64,000 nt of DNA from an uncultured Candidatus Saccharibacteria bacterium (GCA_964592365.1 CAZQDL010000001.1:13198-77197); one strand, 5' to 3'; shown: positions 19,868-30,946, counted from the first letter of the stretch. Made by a program: numbers and translations. The notes: a model not told the origin generated them from the letters alone.

Positions 19868-22156
19868 TCAACGCTGTGCTTCAGTTAATGATTTTTTTAA
19901 TTGCTCTAGATCCACGTGTTCGTATATATACTTCCATCCTACTAATTTATCTGTTCCCTTAATCCTAAAAGTCTCAGAAGCTGATTTGAAAGGTTCTTTA
20001 TTTATCTCAAGACCCATCAATTCCATTAATTGATCATTCATCTGCATGAAATTTTCAGGGTACTGAGTATTTTCAAAAAGAGTAATGATATATTCAGGAA
20101 CTAAAAGATTTTCAAACTTTGGTCCAAGAGATTTTCCAATAATACTTCCACCAATATTTTTATATCCAGGAAGAGAATCTAAAGAACGTACTGTTTTTTG
20201 GAAATAATTTTCAGGTAATGAAAGTTTTTCATCTGACAATAGTATCTCTTCTTTCAGAGTAGATTCTGGAAAGACTTCTTCAAGATCAATACGTGTTTCA
20301 ACTATTGGTTCTGAAATATATTCTTCCTTTAAATTAATATCTGTTTCAGGAGTATCATATATTGTTTGAAAAGCACCCTTGTTAGTTAAATACTCTCGAT
20401 GTTTCTCAATATCTTCTCCTTCAAACTCTTCACCACTTATATGTAGTTCCTTTTTCTCACCTGTATATATTCCATCTTTTTCGGTAATACCTTCATATTC
20501 TTGTGATACAAGTTTTCCATCTTTAATTGAAAGTTCGTAACCAGCATTTTTATCCAAATAGACTCTCACCTCTTGTGTATCAGAAATATATCCTGTTTCA
20601 GTTGCAGCCTTTGCTGAGGCATTAATAAGTTCTCGTTGTGTTGGATTTTCTCCAAGATTGAAATATTCCTTTAATTCAGGACTATTTTCAATTTGTCTTT
20701 TAAATGCATCGGTTATTCCTTCCCCCTCCCCTATCTTTATATCCTTGTATGAAGGAATATGTTCTTCAAGTTGAACAATCTCTTCTTTTAATTCTGGAAC
20801 ATCTTTTTCAATTTCCAAATGTTCTATTTGATTTACCTGATCAACATTAGTAAAAGGTGCTATGTGTTCAAGAATGTTAGCATCAGAAATACCAATTGAT
20901 CTTAGAATATCAGCTCCAGTTTCCCGAGTAATACCAGAAAAAAGCATTCCTCCTAGAACACCTGATATTTTCTTAAATCGTTCTGAACTTCTAATATTTT
21001 TTGCTAATGAAGCGTCGTTAATATTATCTAACCTATGTAGATACGTATTTTTTCTATGCTGAAGAATGTTATCTTTTTCTTCTTCTGAAGTTATTGATTC
21101 AGGATTCTGAAGCCCTTCTTTCCTTAGTTTTATCAAATCACTTCTAAAATCTTTTCTGATGAATTTGTCATAGAATCCACGACCAATACCTTGTCCAAAA
21201 TATGCACCAGGTACACCACCTACTACTGAAGCAAGTCCTGTTCCAAAACCAAAAACACCCATAAGTCCACTAATTCCAACAGAAACAAGAACTCGACTTG
21301 AAAGTTTTTTTGTACCTCCTGATTCTTCATACCAGTCTCCTAATGTTTTAAAATTTCTACTAGATCGAGATAATAATTGTTTTCCTAAACTATCTTTACG
21401 CTCCTTGTAATTAGCAATTCTGTTTTTTAAAGTATGTGATCTTTTTTCTAAGATTCTTACTCGCTCCTGGAGGATAGTAAGAGTATCTTTAGATTCTACA
21501 GATTTCTTTGAGGTAACATCTTCGATTCTTTTATTAAAATTAGCTATTCGATTCTTAATAATCTCTTGTTGCTGTTCCTCTGCTTGAAATTCTTCATCAC
21601 TTTCAGCTCTATTTTTTATTGAATCTGCTGCACCTTTTATCTTTTCAAGGAAAGGATCGAAAGATTCTTTATCAAAACTAACCTTATCAACAAGTGCCTG
21701 AATATTAATCTTAGGAATATCAAATGAAAATTTTTCTCGAAGAGAGTTAAACCTACTTGTTACATATTCTTTGCTTTTTTGGAAGAACGGAGTTTTTTCT
21801 TCTTCACTGTTTTCAACTATGGCCTCAGGTTCATGTTCCAAAATATCTTCATCAAGCTCAGGTATTTTCTTATCTGCATCTTGGAAAGATTCTTCCAAAG
21901 AAGAATCAAGTCCTTCAGTACTTTTCTTTTGCTCTAGGTATTCTTGAATTTTACTAAGATCATTTTTTTCATCAGCATCTAAAGGAATCTTATTCTTTGC
22001 CTTTTCTATGTATTTCTTAACTTTTGATTTTAGTTCCTCTACGTACCCTTTGTCATCTTCAATAGACGGAGATGATTCACCTTGATTCAAAGTATTTTCT
22101 TCTATCTTACTTGTATATCCGTATCTTTTATTAAATTTATCAACCTGATTATTCAT
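19868..22156 (-). CDS. Large charged hypothetical protein with central Gly-rich hydrophobic hairpin
   Basis: 762-aa ORF; ISGLMGVFGFGTGLASVVGGVPG segment; no signal peptide. Confidence 0.6.
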   Translation of the reverse strand: MNNQVDKFNKRYGYTSKIEENTLNQGESSPSIEDDKGYVEELKSKVKKYIEKAKNKIPLDADEKNDLSKIQEYLEQKKSTEGLDSSLEESFQDADKKIPELDEDILEHEPEAIVENSEEEKTPFFQKSKEYVTSRFNSLREKFSFDIPKINIQALVDKVSFDKESFDPFLEKIKGAADSIKNRAESDEEFQAEEQQQEIIKNRIANFNKRIEDVTSKKSVESKDTLTILQERVRILEKRSHTLKNRIANYKERKDSLGKQLLSRSSRNFKTLGDWYEESGGTKKLSSRVLVSVGISGLMGVFGFGTGLASVVGGVPGAYFGQGIGRGFYDKFIRKDFRSDLIKLRKEGLQNPESITSEEEKDNILQHRKNTYLHRLDNINDASLAKNIRSSERFKKISGVLGGMLFSGITRETGADILRSIGISDANILEHIAPFTNVDQVNQIEHLEIEKDVPELKEEIVQLEEHIPSYKDIKIGEGEGITDAFKRQIENSPELKEYFNLGENPTQRELINASAKAATETGYISDTQEVRVYLDKNAGYELSIKDGKLVSQEYEGITEKDGIYTGEKKELHISGEEFEGEDIEKHREYLTNKGAFQTIYDTPETDINLKEEYISEPIVETRIDLEEVFPESTLKEEILLSDEKLSLPENYFQKTVRSLDSLPGYKNIGGSIIGKSLGPKFENLLVPEYIITLFENTQYPENFMQMNDQLMELMGLEINKEPFKSASETFRIKGTDKLVGWKYIYEHVDLEQLKKSLTEAQR

Positions 22157-22330
22157 ATATGTATGTATCTTAGTATATCAGTAATGTACTGATATTATGT
22201 AAAAATATTATACAATATAATTAATATCATATCAATGGACGGAATATCTGAACTTGATATCATTTAGACATACTAACCGTGTAGCAATACACTTGTAAGT
22301 ATCACGGGAACATTTATTTTATTTGGACTG

Positions 22331-23416
22331 TTGATACGATTGAGGCTTATTAAACCTAATGCTCAAGACCCTGCTGACCATCAGCCGGTGACATATAAGA
22401 TGATAAAACCAAAGGTTTTATTTTCATCTGCTACTATTTTAGCCATATTATTTGTGGTTCCTGTGGTATTTACCCTAAGCCAAGCTATGGAAACTGAGTA
22501 CGTTATTCGAACTAACGAAAACTCACAAAGTATGACGCTTCTGAGCTCAAACTTTAGTATAGAAGTACCAAAGGCAATTGGAGGTCCAGATGCTCCACAT
22601 ATTGAAGATGGAACTCTTCATCCACAAATTGGTATGAGTTCAGCTCTCGCAAGCCAAGTTGAGCAAGACGAAGATGGAACAAGTTACTATATTGTTCAAA
22701 AAGGTGACACCTTATCTGAAATTGCTGAACTCTTTGGTGTTTCTATTAATACTATTATCTGGGAAAACAATATTGGAAAGAGTATTAAACCAGATCAGGA
22801 GCTAAAGATTCTACCAGTTACAGGAATCAGACATACGGTAAAGAAAGGAGATACAATTAGTAGTATTGCAAAGCAATATGATGTTGAGCAAGAAGATATC
22901 ACTGTCTACAACGATATTGATGAATCAAGATTGGTTGTAGGAGGGACAATTATCATTCCAAACGGAGTGAAAAAACAAGTAGAAAATCCTTCACCTAAAG
23001 CAAAGACAAGTACGCCAGTATCATCACCTAGTTCATCAGTTCAAGGAGGGTACTACATTAGACCAACTACAGGTAGTGTTAGTTCTCGATTTGGTGTTCG
23101 TTCTCGGGGATATCACTATGGTATTGACTACGCTGCTCCAACAGGTACTCCAATTGTTGCTTCTGCTTCAGGTACTGTACTAAAAACAAGCTGTGGTTCT
23201 GGATATGGAAATTGTTTGATCATTAGCCATGATAACGGAACACAAACACTGTATGCTCATGCAAGTGTGTTGTATGTATCAGCTGGAGCTGTGGTAAAGC
23301 AAGGACAAAAGATTGCAGCAGTTGGTTCAACTGGACGATCAACAGGTCCTCACTTACACTTTGAAATTATCAAATCAAATGGTCAGAAGCTTAACCCTGA
23401 AAAATATATTCAATAA
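22331..23416 (+). CDS. LysM-repeat M23 peptidoglycan endopeptidase (start uncertain)
   Basis: Two LysM (YIVQKGDTLSEIA; HTVKKGDTISSIA); HYGID, YAH, STGPHLHFE. Confidence 0.92.
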   Translation: MIRLRLIKPNAQDPADHQPVTYKMIKPKVLFSSATILAILFVVPVVFTLSQAMETEYVIRTNENSQSMTLLSSNFSIEVPKAIGGPDAPHIEDGTLHPQIGMSSALASQVEQDEDGTSYYIVQKGDTLSEIAELFGVSINTIIWENNIGKSIKPDQELKILPVTGIRHTVKKGDTISSIAKQYDVEQEDITVYNDIDESRLVVGGTIIIPNGVKKQVENPSPKAKTSTPVSSPSSSVQGGYYIRPTTGSVSSRFGVRSRGYHYGIDYAAPTGTPIVASASGTVLKTSCGSGYGNCLIISHDNGTQTLYAHASVLYVSAGAVVKQGQKIAAVGSTGRSTGPHLHFEIIKSNGQKLNPEKYIQ

Positions 23417-23445
23417 AAAAGAAACATCTTACGATGTTTCTTTTT

Positions 23446-23796
23446 TTATTTAGTATATGCAATACAAGTTGTTGATGAAGGATTAACAAGTAATCGTTCT
23501 TCTTTAATATTCTCCTTGCATACCTCACAGATTCCATAATTTCCTTCTTCAATTGCTTCTAGAGCTTTATTAACCTGCTCATATCGTGACTCAAGTATTC
23601 CTAGAATTGCAATATCTTCTTCTAGTTCTTCTGCAACTTCTGCATCATCAAGAGGATCAGCATAGTGTCCTTCTTCTCTTTTAGGAACGACAATCCAATC
23701 ACCACTTTCGCTAATTTCTCTTCCTAGGGAAGATAATTCTTCGATGAGTGATTCTTTATTCGCAAGTAATGCATTTTTTTGTTCTTCAATATTCAT
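23446..23796 (-). CDS. TraR/DksA zinc-finger family protein (presumed native copy)
   Basis: DPLDDA coiled-coil tip; ALEAIEEGNYGICEVC...ERL..NP...C. Confidence 0.85.
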   Translation of the reverse strand: MNIEEQKNALLANKESLIEELSSLGREISESGDWIVVPKREEGHYADPLDDAEVAEELEEDIAILGILESRYEQVNKALEAIEEGNYGICEVCKENIKEERLLVNPSSTTCIAYTK

Positions 23797-23844
23797 ACGT
23801 ACATTATATACCTTGTAATAATAAAAAAAACCACATTAGTGGTT

Positions 23845-26800
23845 TTAATTAAAAATATTCTCAAAAGCTCTTCGTTCGATGATTTCATTTATCACTGATT
23901 CATGACGAGTTATCAAAATAGTACTTTCATCTAAGAATGTGTATAGGAGAATAACATCACCTTCTCTTAGAGAATTTGCTTCTGCAGTATTTACTACGAA
24001 ACTTACAGAACCAGGCCCAAGGCTACCTAAGAATTCACCGTTTCCTTCAAGTGTACCATTAGCATTTACGGTATACCCCGATCCTAAATAATTATTCTCT
24101 CGAATTGTAGTATTTAATTGGTCTAGGGTATCAAGAGAAATGATACATTCATTTGGTTCAGCAATTTCAAGACCTTGATCTTCTTGATACTTGATAAGTG
24201 CATTACAAACTTCTCTGTCATAGATTCCATCAAATTCAGATATATCATACCCTTCGTTATACAGCACCATTTGAAGATTTCGTACCTCTTCATTGAAGGT
24301 TCCAAGACCCATTTGTTGAGTAAAGAAATCATTGATTGTTGCAGCCTCTCCACCAAATAGATTTCCAGCTCCTACTACCATTTGTTGAATTAAGGCTACA
24401 TCCTCTGCTGAAATAAATGTCTGATCTAGAGTTCCAGGTGTTCCTCCGTTGTTTCCAATGAATGACTGAAGTGCTTGTTGAGTAACAATATCCAATTCAC
24501 CAGTTACAGAAAGAGGATCAAGAAGTCCCATTTCAACAAGTGCTTGTTGAACAGATTTAATTCCCTCTACATCGTTATCCCCTGGATAGACATTCTTTCC
24601 AATAGGTAAATTGTTTCCAATGGTTACCCAAGTAACGTTATTATTTAATCCTAAAGCATCTTTTACAATAGCAATCAAATTAGCCAGTTCTTGAATAATT
24701 TCTGATTGCTGGATCTGTGGAGGGAGTGTCCTGATAATCTGTTCTAGATCTTGAAGAGCCCCAGCAGCAAATCTCAGCGTATCATCAGCAAGTACATCAG
24801 CATATGCGATTTGAAAAAATGCATCAGCTGCTTTTTCTAAACTATTTGCTAATCCTGATTGACCCAAAACTCTTACAATCCTTGAAATTATTCTTAACCT
24901 CGTTGCAGCTTGTGCCGCAACCTCCCTTATTTCACCGTTTAATCCACGGTTGAATTGATCGTTCAACTGTTCAGTCTCAAGAGCATCAAAACATACTTTT
25001 ACCGAAGGGTCGCTACTTTCAATTGGAAATTCTGTACCATCAGCGGTCACTCGATATCCGTTAATGATCTTGTTATTATTGTCAATACAATATCGTTTGT
25101 TTCTGGTAAGTGGTGAGATGCATTGTACACCACCACCCTGACGTGATATCTGTCTTGTATTTTCTATATTTACCTGTCTATCTTGTAAGTAGAAATCATC
25201 AAGACTTGAAGGTCCCTGATTCACTTGAGAACCATTCTGATCAAAACAAAGATTCTTTCCAGAAAGGTTTTGTAATCGAAGCAGATCAAGATACTGTGTA
25301 CAACTCTTTCTTCCTTCAAAATCTAAACTCACCTCTTCTGCCAAATTACACTGTACCCCAGGTTCACCTTCAAGATCATTTGAAACTACTCTATTTCCTT
25401 GCCTACATTCAATACGATTACACTGATATGGCTTGTAACAAATATCATAAGGTTCAACAGCTCTATCTTCAGGATTTATTCTATCTCCACTAACTGGATC
25501 AAAACAAATATCTGAAGTGTATGCAATATCACTAAACCCTAGAGAATTATTTACTGAAATAAGAGTATCGGTTCCTGTCAGCATTTGTTTACAAACATAA
25601 CTAGAATCATTTCCAACTTCTTGTGGTGTTTTTGGTTCACTCATTAGCCCAGTTTGTGGATCAAGTAAATCATCATAACAAGTTACGGTACTTGAAGGGG
25701 TTACTGTTCCTGGTAACTCATTTCCGGTTAGGACATCAATACATCGCTTAACCGCTTTGTAACACATAACTTGTCCAGCATCGTTGTTTATAGTCTCAGT
25801 GACAAAAGTTCCACCAACCTGTGCAAAAGCACGTTTTGCCATAAATGGTTTAGTAAGAAAATTAGATATTAATAGTGAAATCGTTTCACTAGGTTCGATA
25901 TCAACATCAGCATCGATAAATTCTTCTGTTTGATTTTCAAAGTCTTCAGGTAGTTCTTGATTAAACTCAGAACCGTCTGAACGAATAAAATCAAGAAGTC
26001 CCTTTTGATCATTTTCTCGAGGAACATAGCGTGAAACACGTACATTCTTGTTTTTAATAATATCATCTGAGAAACCATCTTGAATTAGTGATCGATTTGC
26101 AGCTTCATCTGGTAGATCAAGATAACTTGCAAGATCATCAATCATTGTTGGTTCCCATTGCTTCATACCAACGAAAGCTCTGTCATATGAAATTGCTTTA
26201 AGGATAACAAAGGGGTAATTCTTATCAGTGGTGTACACTCCATGCATAAAGTTGTTTTCAATATTGTTGTACAACAATTCAGGTGTTTTTGCCCCTGTCT
26301 TATCAAAAATCTCTTTAATCCCCATTCTCCTTAAATTCCCCATTTCATCTTTCTGAACATAGTAAATCTGAGATACTGAATCAGTATCATGATCTCTTTT
26401 AAGAAGAGTTCTAATTGCTTCATTAGCTTGAAAAGCTTCAATGCTAGTGGTATCAATACCCAAATCTTGGTCAGAATACACCAAAGAACGAACTCGTTCA
26501 TTCGTGATGAAAGTTACTTCATCCTTTGGCTGGAAAAAGGTGAGCCAAGTGACCACAGAAAGAACAAGGAGAATAATGCTTCCAATGAAATATTTTCCAT
26601 TTCTACTTGTGAAAGGTGAGTTTGCTTTCTTAAGTTCTTTTTCAAATCGAGCCTTTTGAATCAACTCTGACATGGTCTTAGGATCATTAGCCCCCATAGC
26701 TCGTGACATGTCTTGATAGTAGGTTGTTTGAATACCGAGATCTTTCTTTGGCTCCTCCACCTGTTCTTGTACATCTACTTCTGGAATTTCTTCTTGAGCT

Positions 26801-27042
26801 CCTAAATCACGTGCAATTTCTGCTTCAAGAGAAGCAACCGTCTGTTCACTGACTGGTAAATCTTGCACAGCATCAATGGGAAGTGAATCAGTAGGTTCAG
26901 ACTCTACATGTTTTGATGGTACAGAAGGAAATGGAATATCAGAATTCTGATTCAATTGAGAAAATTCATTAAAAAGATTCTCTAATTCATCTACATCATT
27001 CTTTGTACTAGGTTCATGATTATCATTTAAGGGAGTATTCAT
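23845..27042 (-). CDS. Large membrane-anchored surface protein with Cys-rich region and two peptidoglycan-binding domains
   Basis: TM near aa 150-170; VQQALVEMGLL..TGELD and LQMVLYNEGY...DGIYD PG-binding-like motifs. Confidence 0.65.
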   Translation of the reverse strand: MNTPLNDNHEPSTKNDVDELENLFNEFSQLNQNSDIPFPSVPSKHVESEPTDSLPIDAVQDLPVSEQTVASLEAEIARDLGAQEEIPEVDVQEQVEEPKKDLGIQTTYYQDMSRAMGANDPKTMSELIQKARFEKELKKANSPFTSRNGKYFIGSIILLVLSVVTWLTFFQPKDEVTFITNERVRSLVYSDQDLGIDTTSIEAFQANEAIRTLLKRDHDTDSVSQIYYVQKDEMGNLRRMGIKEIFDKTGAKTPELLYNNIENNFMHGVYTTDKNYPFVILKAISYDRAFVGMKQWEPTMIDDLASYLDLPDEAANRSLIQDGFSDDIIKNKNVRVSRYVPRENDQKGLLDFIRSDGSEFNQELPEDFENQTEEFIDADVDIEPSETISLLISNFLTKPFMAKRAFAQVGGTFVTETINNDAGQVMCYKAVKRCIDVLTGNELPGTVTPSSTVTCYDDLLDPQTGLMSEPKTPQEVGNDSSYVCKQMLTGTDTLISVNNSLGFSDIAYTSDICFDPVSGDRINPEDRAVEPYDICYKPYQCNRIECRQGNRVVSNDLEGEPGVQCNLAEEVSLDFEGRKSCTQYLDLLRLQNLSGKNLCFDQNGSQVNQGPSSLDDFYLQDRQVNIENTRQISRQGGGVQCISPLTRNKRYCIDNNNKIINGYRVTADGTEFPIESSDPSVKVCFDALETEQLNDQFNRGLNGEIREVAAQAATRLRIISRIVRVLGQSGLANSLEKAADAFFQIAYADVLADDTLRFAAGALQDLEQIIRTLPPQIQQSEIIQELANLIAIVKDALGLNNNVTWVTIGNNLPIGKNVYPGDNDVEGIKSVQQALVEMGLLDPLSVTGELDIVTQQALQSFIGNNGGTPGTLDQTFISAEDVALIQQMVVGAGNLFGGEAATINDFFTQQMGLGTFNEEVRNLQMVLYNEGYDISEFDGIYDREVCNALIKYQEDQGLEIAEPNECIISLDTLDQLNTTIRENNYLGSGYTVNANGTLEGNGEFLGSLGPGSVSFVVNTAEANSLREGDVILLYTFLDESTILITRHESVINEIIERRAFENIFN

Positions 27043-27101
27043 ATTGGTATTGTATCGCGTGGCTTACATTCAAACAAGAAAAAACAACCAAAAAGGTTGT
27101 C

Positions 27102-27368
27102 TTATTTCTTTAATCCTAGTTTCTTTACCAGTGATTGATATGCTTCAAAATCACTATTTTTAAAGTTTCGAAGAAACTTTCTTCGAGTATCTACCATCTT
27201 GATAAGTCCGCGTCGACTATGAACGTCTTTCTTGTGCACTTTAAGGTGCTCAGTTAGTTCATCAATACGCCCAGAAAGAAGTGCAATCTGAACAGCAGGA
27301 GAACCAGTATCGGTATCATGTGTCTTTACGTCATCAATGATGTTTTGTTTTGCTTGGTTACTTAACAT
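27102..27368 (-). CDS. rpsO: 30S ribosomal protein S15
   Basis: [25 protein letters not shown]. Confidence 0.96.
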   Translation of the reverse strand: MLSNQAKQNIIDDVKTHDTDTGSPAVQIALLSGRIDELTEHLKVHKKDVHSRRGLIKMVDTRRKFLRNFKNSDFEAYQSLVKKLGLKK

Positions 27369-27457
27369 ATGGAATGAAGATACCACAGCAATGGTTTTTT
27401 GCAATACTACAGCTTGAATATCTTTGTCTTTTGATAACCATTTGATATAGTGGCCAC

Positions 27458-28519
27458 ATGAAAACCAATATTGAAAAAAAAGAACAGTCAGAAGTAGTTA
27501 TCACCGTTACCCTTCCAAATAAGGATCTTGAAGGGTACCGTTTAGACGTTGAGAAGAAATTTAAGGATAATCTGGAAATTGATGGATTTCGAAAAGGAAA
27601 GGTTCCTGAGGATATCGCAAAGAAACATATTAATAATATGAGAGTTCTTGAAGAAATGGCTCATCGTGCAATTTCTGAAAAGTATATTGATATCCTTAAA
27701 GAACATGATATTAAAGCAATTGGTAATCCAAATATCAGTATTACTAAAATTGCAGAAGGTAATGATCTCGAATTTACCATTACCACAGCTGTCTTACCTG
27801 AAATCAAGGTAGCTGATTTCAAAAAGATTGCTAAAAAGATTAATGCTCAAGAACTTGATGCTGAAGTGAGCGGTGAAGAAGTAGATGGTGCTATCTTAAA
27901 CCTAAGAAAGATGAGAGCACAACAGCAATTATCATCAGACGCAAAAGAAGGAGAAAATGTTCCATCATGGAACGAAATATCAGAAGAAAACCTTCCTGAA
28001 ATGACTGATGAGTGGGTAAAAGAAATAGGTCCTTTTACAACAGTAGAAGATTTTGTAACTAAGATAAAAGAGAATCTCCTTGAAGAGAAGAAGGTAAGAG
28101 CACTTGATAAGAAACGGATTGCTTTAGTTGATGAAATCCTAGCAGAATCAGATATCGAAGTTCCTCAAATGATGATTGATTATGAACTGGATAAAATGCT
28201 TCATGAGTTTGAACACAATATATCTATGACAGGAATGAGTTTTGATGATTACCTCAAATCAATTAATAAGACACGTGAAGATTATAAAAAAGAGTGGAAT
28301 GATCAAGCTAAGAAACGTGCGCAAACACAACTTATGCTCAATCACATTGCTGAAGTTGAAAAAATTGAACCAACTGATGAAGAGATTCAACAAGAAGTTA
28401 AGAAAATCATGGAACAATATAAGCATAATCCTCAGATTAATGAGACTCATGTCACTTCATATGTTTCATCTGTACTCTCACATCAAAAAGTATTTGAATA
28501 CTTAGAGAGTATTTCTTAA
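27458..28519 (+). CDS. tig: Trigger factor (short; FKBP domain not evident)
   Basis: GFRKGKVP ribosome-binding motif; near clpP. Confidence 0.9.
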   Translation: MKTNIEKKEQSEVVITVTLPNKDLEGYRLDVEKKFKDNLEIDGFRKGKVPEDIAKKHINNMRVLEEMAHRAISEKYIDILKEHDIKAIGNPNISITKIAEGNDLEFTITTAVLPEIKVADFKKIAKKINAQELDAEVSGEEVDGAILNLRKMRAQQQLSSDAKEGENVPSWNEISEENLPEMTDEWVKEIGPFTTVEDFVTKIKENLLEEKKVRALDKKRIALVDEILAESDIEVPQMMIDYELDKMLHEFEHNISMTGMSFDDYLKSINKTREDYKKEWNDQAKKRAQTQLMLNHIAEVEKIEPTDEEIQQEVKKIMEQYKHNPQINETHVTSYVSSVLSHQKVFEYLESIS

Positions 28520-28570
28520 AAAAACAACATACTGTTGTTTTTTTATATTAAAAAGAGATATACTATCTGC

Positions 28571-28807
28571 ATGAAATCAAAGAAATTTGGGCATAAGTTT
28601 GAATTACATATTGACGATCAACTAAAACAAGTTTTTGTTGGAAGACATACACTCTTTTCAGTTCTTAGCTTTACGGTAGCAGGTATTCTTATCGGTGGAA
28701 CTATAGAGAAAATGCTCCATGAGCTCATTGGAAAGCCTCTTACTCTTTTAATCGGCCTTGTGTTGTTAGTAATAAGTGGGCTTGTATTGAAGGAATTTAA
28801 TGACTAA
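28571..28807 (+). CDS. Small two-TM membrane protein
   Basis: ORF with two hydrophobic helices; TATACT 6 nt before the ATG. Confidence 0.6.
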   Translation: MKSKKFGHKFELHIDDQLKQVFVGRHTLFSVLSFTVAGILIGGTIEKMLHELIGKPLTLLIGLVLLVISGLVLKEFND

Positions 28808-28843
28808 TATTGCCGGATATAAACTCATTGGTATACTAACACT

Positions 28844-29425
28844 ATGTTAATCCCAACTGTTATTGAAAAAACGCATGCTGGAGAGCGAGCGTATGACATT
28901 TATTCACGTTTACTCAAAGAACGAATCGTTTTCGTTGGTGGAACCATTAGTTCAGACCTAGCAAATAGTGTAGTTGCTCAGCTATTGCATCTAGAACAAG
29001 AAGATGCTGAAAAGGATATTACTATGTATATCAATTCTCCTGGAGGATCAGTTGATGCTGGAATGGCTATGATAGACACCATGAACTTTATCAAACCAAA
29101 GGTATCAACCGTATGTGTTGGTATGACAGCATCTATGGGCGCAATGATTCTTTCTCAAGGAGAGCCCGGAAAGAGATATGCTCTTCCAAACAGTAGAGTA
29201 ATGATTCATCAACCGATGACTGGAGTTGAAGGTCAGGCTTCTGACATCATGATCACCGCAGAAGAAATTATCAAAATAAAGGATAAGTTAGCAGAAATGA
29301 TTGCAAACTCTTCTGGACAAAAGAAAGCAAAAGTAGAGAAAGACATGGACAGAGATTTTTGGATGTCAGCGGAAGAAGCAAAGAAATATGGAATCATTGA
29401 TGGAATTATTAAAAAAAGAAAGTAA
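28844..29425 (+). CDS. clpP: ClpP protease proteolytic subunit
   Basis: [38 protein letters not shown]. Confidence 0.97.
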   Translation: MLIPTVIEKTHAGERAYDIYSRLLKERIVFVGGTISSDLANSVVAQLLHLEQEDAEKDITMYINSPGGSVDAGMAMIDTMNFIKPKVSTVCVGMTASMGAMILSQGEPGKRYALPNSRVMIHQPMTGVEGQASDIMITAEEIIKIKDKLAEMIANSSGQKKAKVEKDMDRDFWMSAEEAKKYGIIDGIIKKRK

Positions 29426-29568
29426 ATCTTTCTTTTTTTGTTTTTAATTAAAAAAATAATATATAGTTTTGTCAATAAACAAAATCAATATAATCGTTGT
29501 ATTATAAGCATATGAAAGCTTTTTAGGTTTCAGAAATTACTCAGAACATAGTAACCAATATTATATAT

Positions 29569-29844
29569 ATGAAAAAACAAGATTTAATTAACATGGTAGC
29601 AGACATCACTTCAGGAACTAAAACTCAAGCTGATGAAATTGTGAATGGAATTTTTGATGCTATTGCAGGTGAAATGGCAAAAGGAGGAACTGTTGATATC
29701 GCTGGATTTGGAAAGTTTGAAGGAAAAATGCGTGAAGCACGAACTGCTCGAAACCCTCGAACTGGAGAAATGGTAAAAGTAGATGCTCAACGAGTACCTA
29801 AATTCAAAGCAGGAAAGAAACTAAAAGATACCCTAAAAGGTTAG
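29569..29844 (+). CDS. hup: DNA-binding protein HU
   Basis: GFGKFE, ARNPRTGE, PKFKAGK. Confidence 0.95.
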   Translation: MKKQDLINMVADITSGTKTQADEIVNGIFDAIAGEMAKGGTVDIAGFGKFEGKMREARTARNPRTGEMVKVDAQRVPKFKAGKKLKDTLKG

Positions 29845-29893
29845 CTATATATAATAAAAAACGACATTATGTCGTTTTTTATTATGCCAATAT

Positions 29894-30265
29894 TTAGAAC
29901 CAACTTTCTAACCAATTTTTCATCATATTGATTTCCTTGTCCTGAACATCAATTATTTCTTGAGCAAATGCTTGCAATTCTGGTCTTTGAGTTTTTTCCT
30001 TTAATATCGCTGCCATATCAACAGCTCCTTGATGATGTACAATCATGTCTTCTAGAAAAATCATATCAAGTTCATCTCCTTCCTTTCCTTCCATGCGAGC
30101 AGTCATATCCATCATCATACCTCCCATGTCCATACCTTTCATAGAATGATTCATTTTTGAATGATCCATTTTCATTGGGCATGATGTCTTTGAGTTAATA
30201 AAGTATCCGATTCCTCCCCCAACAAGAAGAGTAATAATAGCGATAAGTATTGTATTTGTTTTCAT
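29894..30265 (-). CDS. DUF305 (CopM-like) Met/His-rich metal-binding protein
   Basis: MIVHHQGAVDMA ... IIDVQDKEI..M..W; Met/His-rich linker. Confidence 0.85.
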   Translation of the reverse strand: MKTNTILIAIITLLVGGGIGYFINSKTSCPMKMDHSKMNHSMKGMDMGGMMMDMTARMEGKEGDELDMIFLEDMIVHHQGAVDMAAILKEKTQRPELQAFAQEIIDVQDKEINMMKNWLESWF

Positions 30266-30319
30266 ATATATAAAGATTAGTGTTTTAAATAAGCGAATAA
30301 AATATTAGCCTACAATTAT

Positions 30320-30661
30320 CTATATTTGAGATCTTGCCAATTGCTTATGTGAAAGGGGTATTCTTTCTCTTACCCTGCTAAAGTTATTTTCATAGAATGA
30401 TTCTAATACACACTCATGCAACAAAGATGATCGTGAAACATCGGATATATTTAAGTATTCTGCTGAAACCTTAAGCTGTTCGCCATCAATTTTTTCACAT
30501 ATATCCAGTTTCTTTTCATGATGGCACTCATCAACGGAACAAACACTATCAGGAATTTGATGTCTATTTGAATGTTGTGCATGCACCTGAAAAGAATGAT
30601 GACCAACAAGCATCATCACGATGAATATCATTCCTATGCTTTTATAGAAAGCTGACAACAT
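30320..30661 (-). CDS. Small exported His/Cys-rich hypothetical protein
   Basis: Signal-like N-terminus VHA-Q; CSVDECHH. Confidence 0.5.
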   Translation of the reverse strand: MLSAFYKSIGMIFIVMMLVGHHSFQVHAQHSNRHQIPDSVCSVDECHHEKKLDICEKIDGEQLKVSAEYLNISDVSRSSLLHECVLESFYENNFSRVRERIPLSHKQLARSQI

Positions 30662-30946
30662 ATTACTAATTAGATAATACCATATTGTATTGATTTCTTG
30701 AAAAAATGGACTTCTAAAATCCTATACTTGTTAGGTTAATTAAGGAAAGATAATTATGAAACGAACCAAAAAGTAATGCACACAACATGGGAAAGTGCTG
30801 AGACAGATATACTATACCCAATGAAATAATTCAAAATCTTAAGCTGCAAATACTTGCATAATTCACCTAACCTTTCATTCGAACAAACAAAAAAACCTTG
30901 TTTCACAAGGCTCTTGGAAGAATTTAAAGAGATGCTTTTCTCACTG

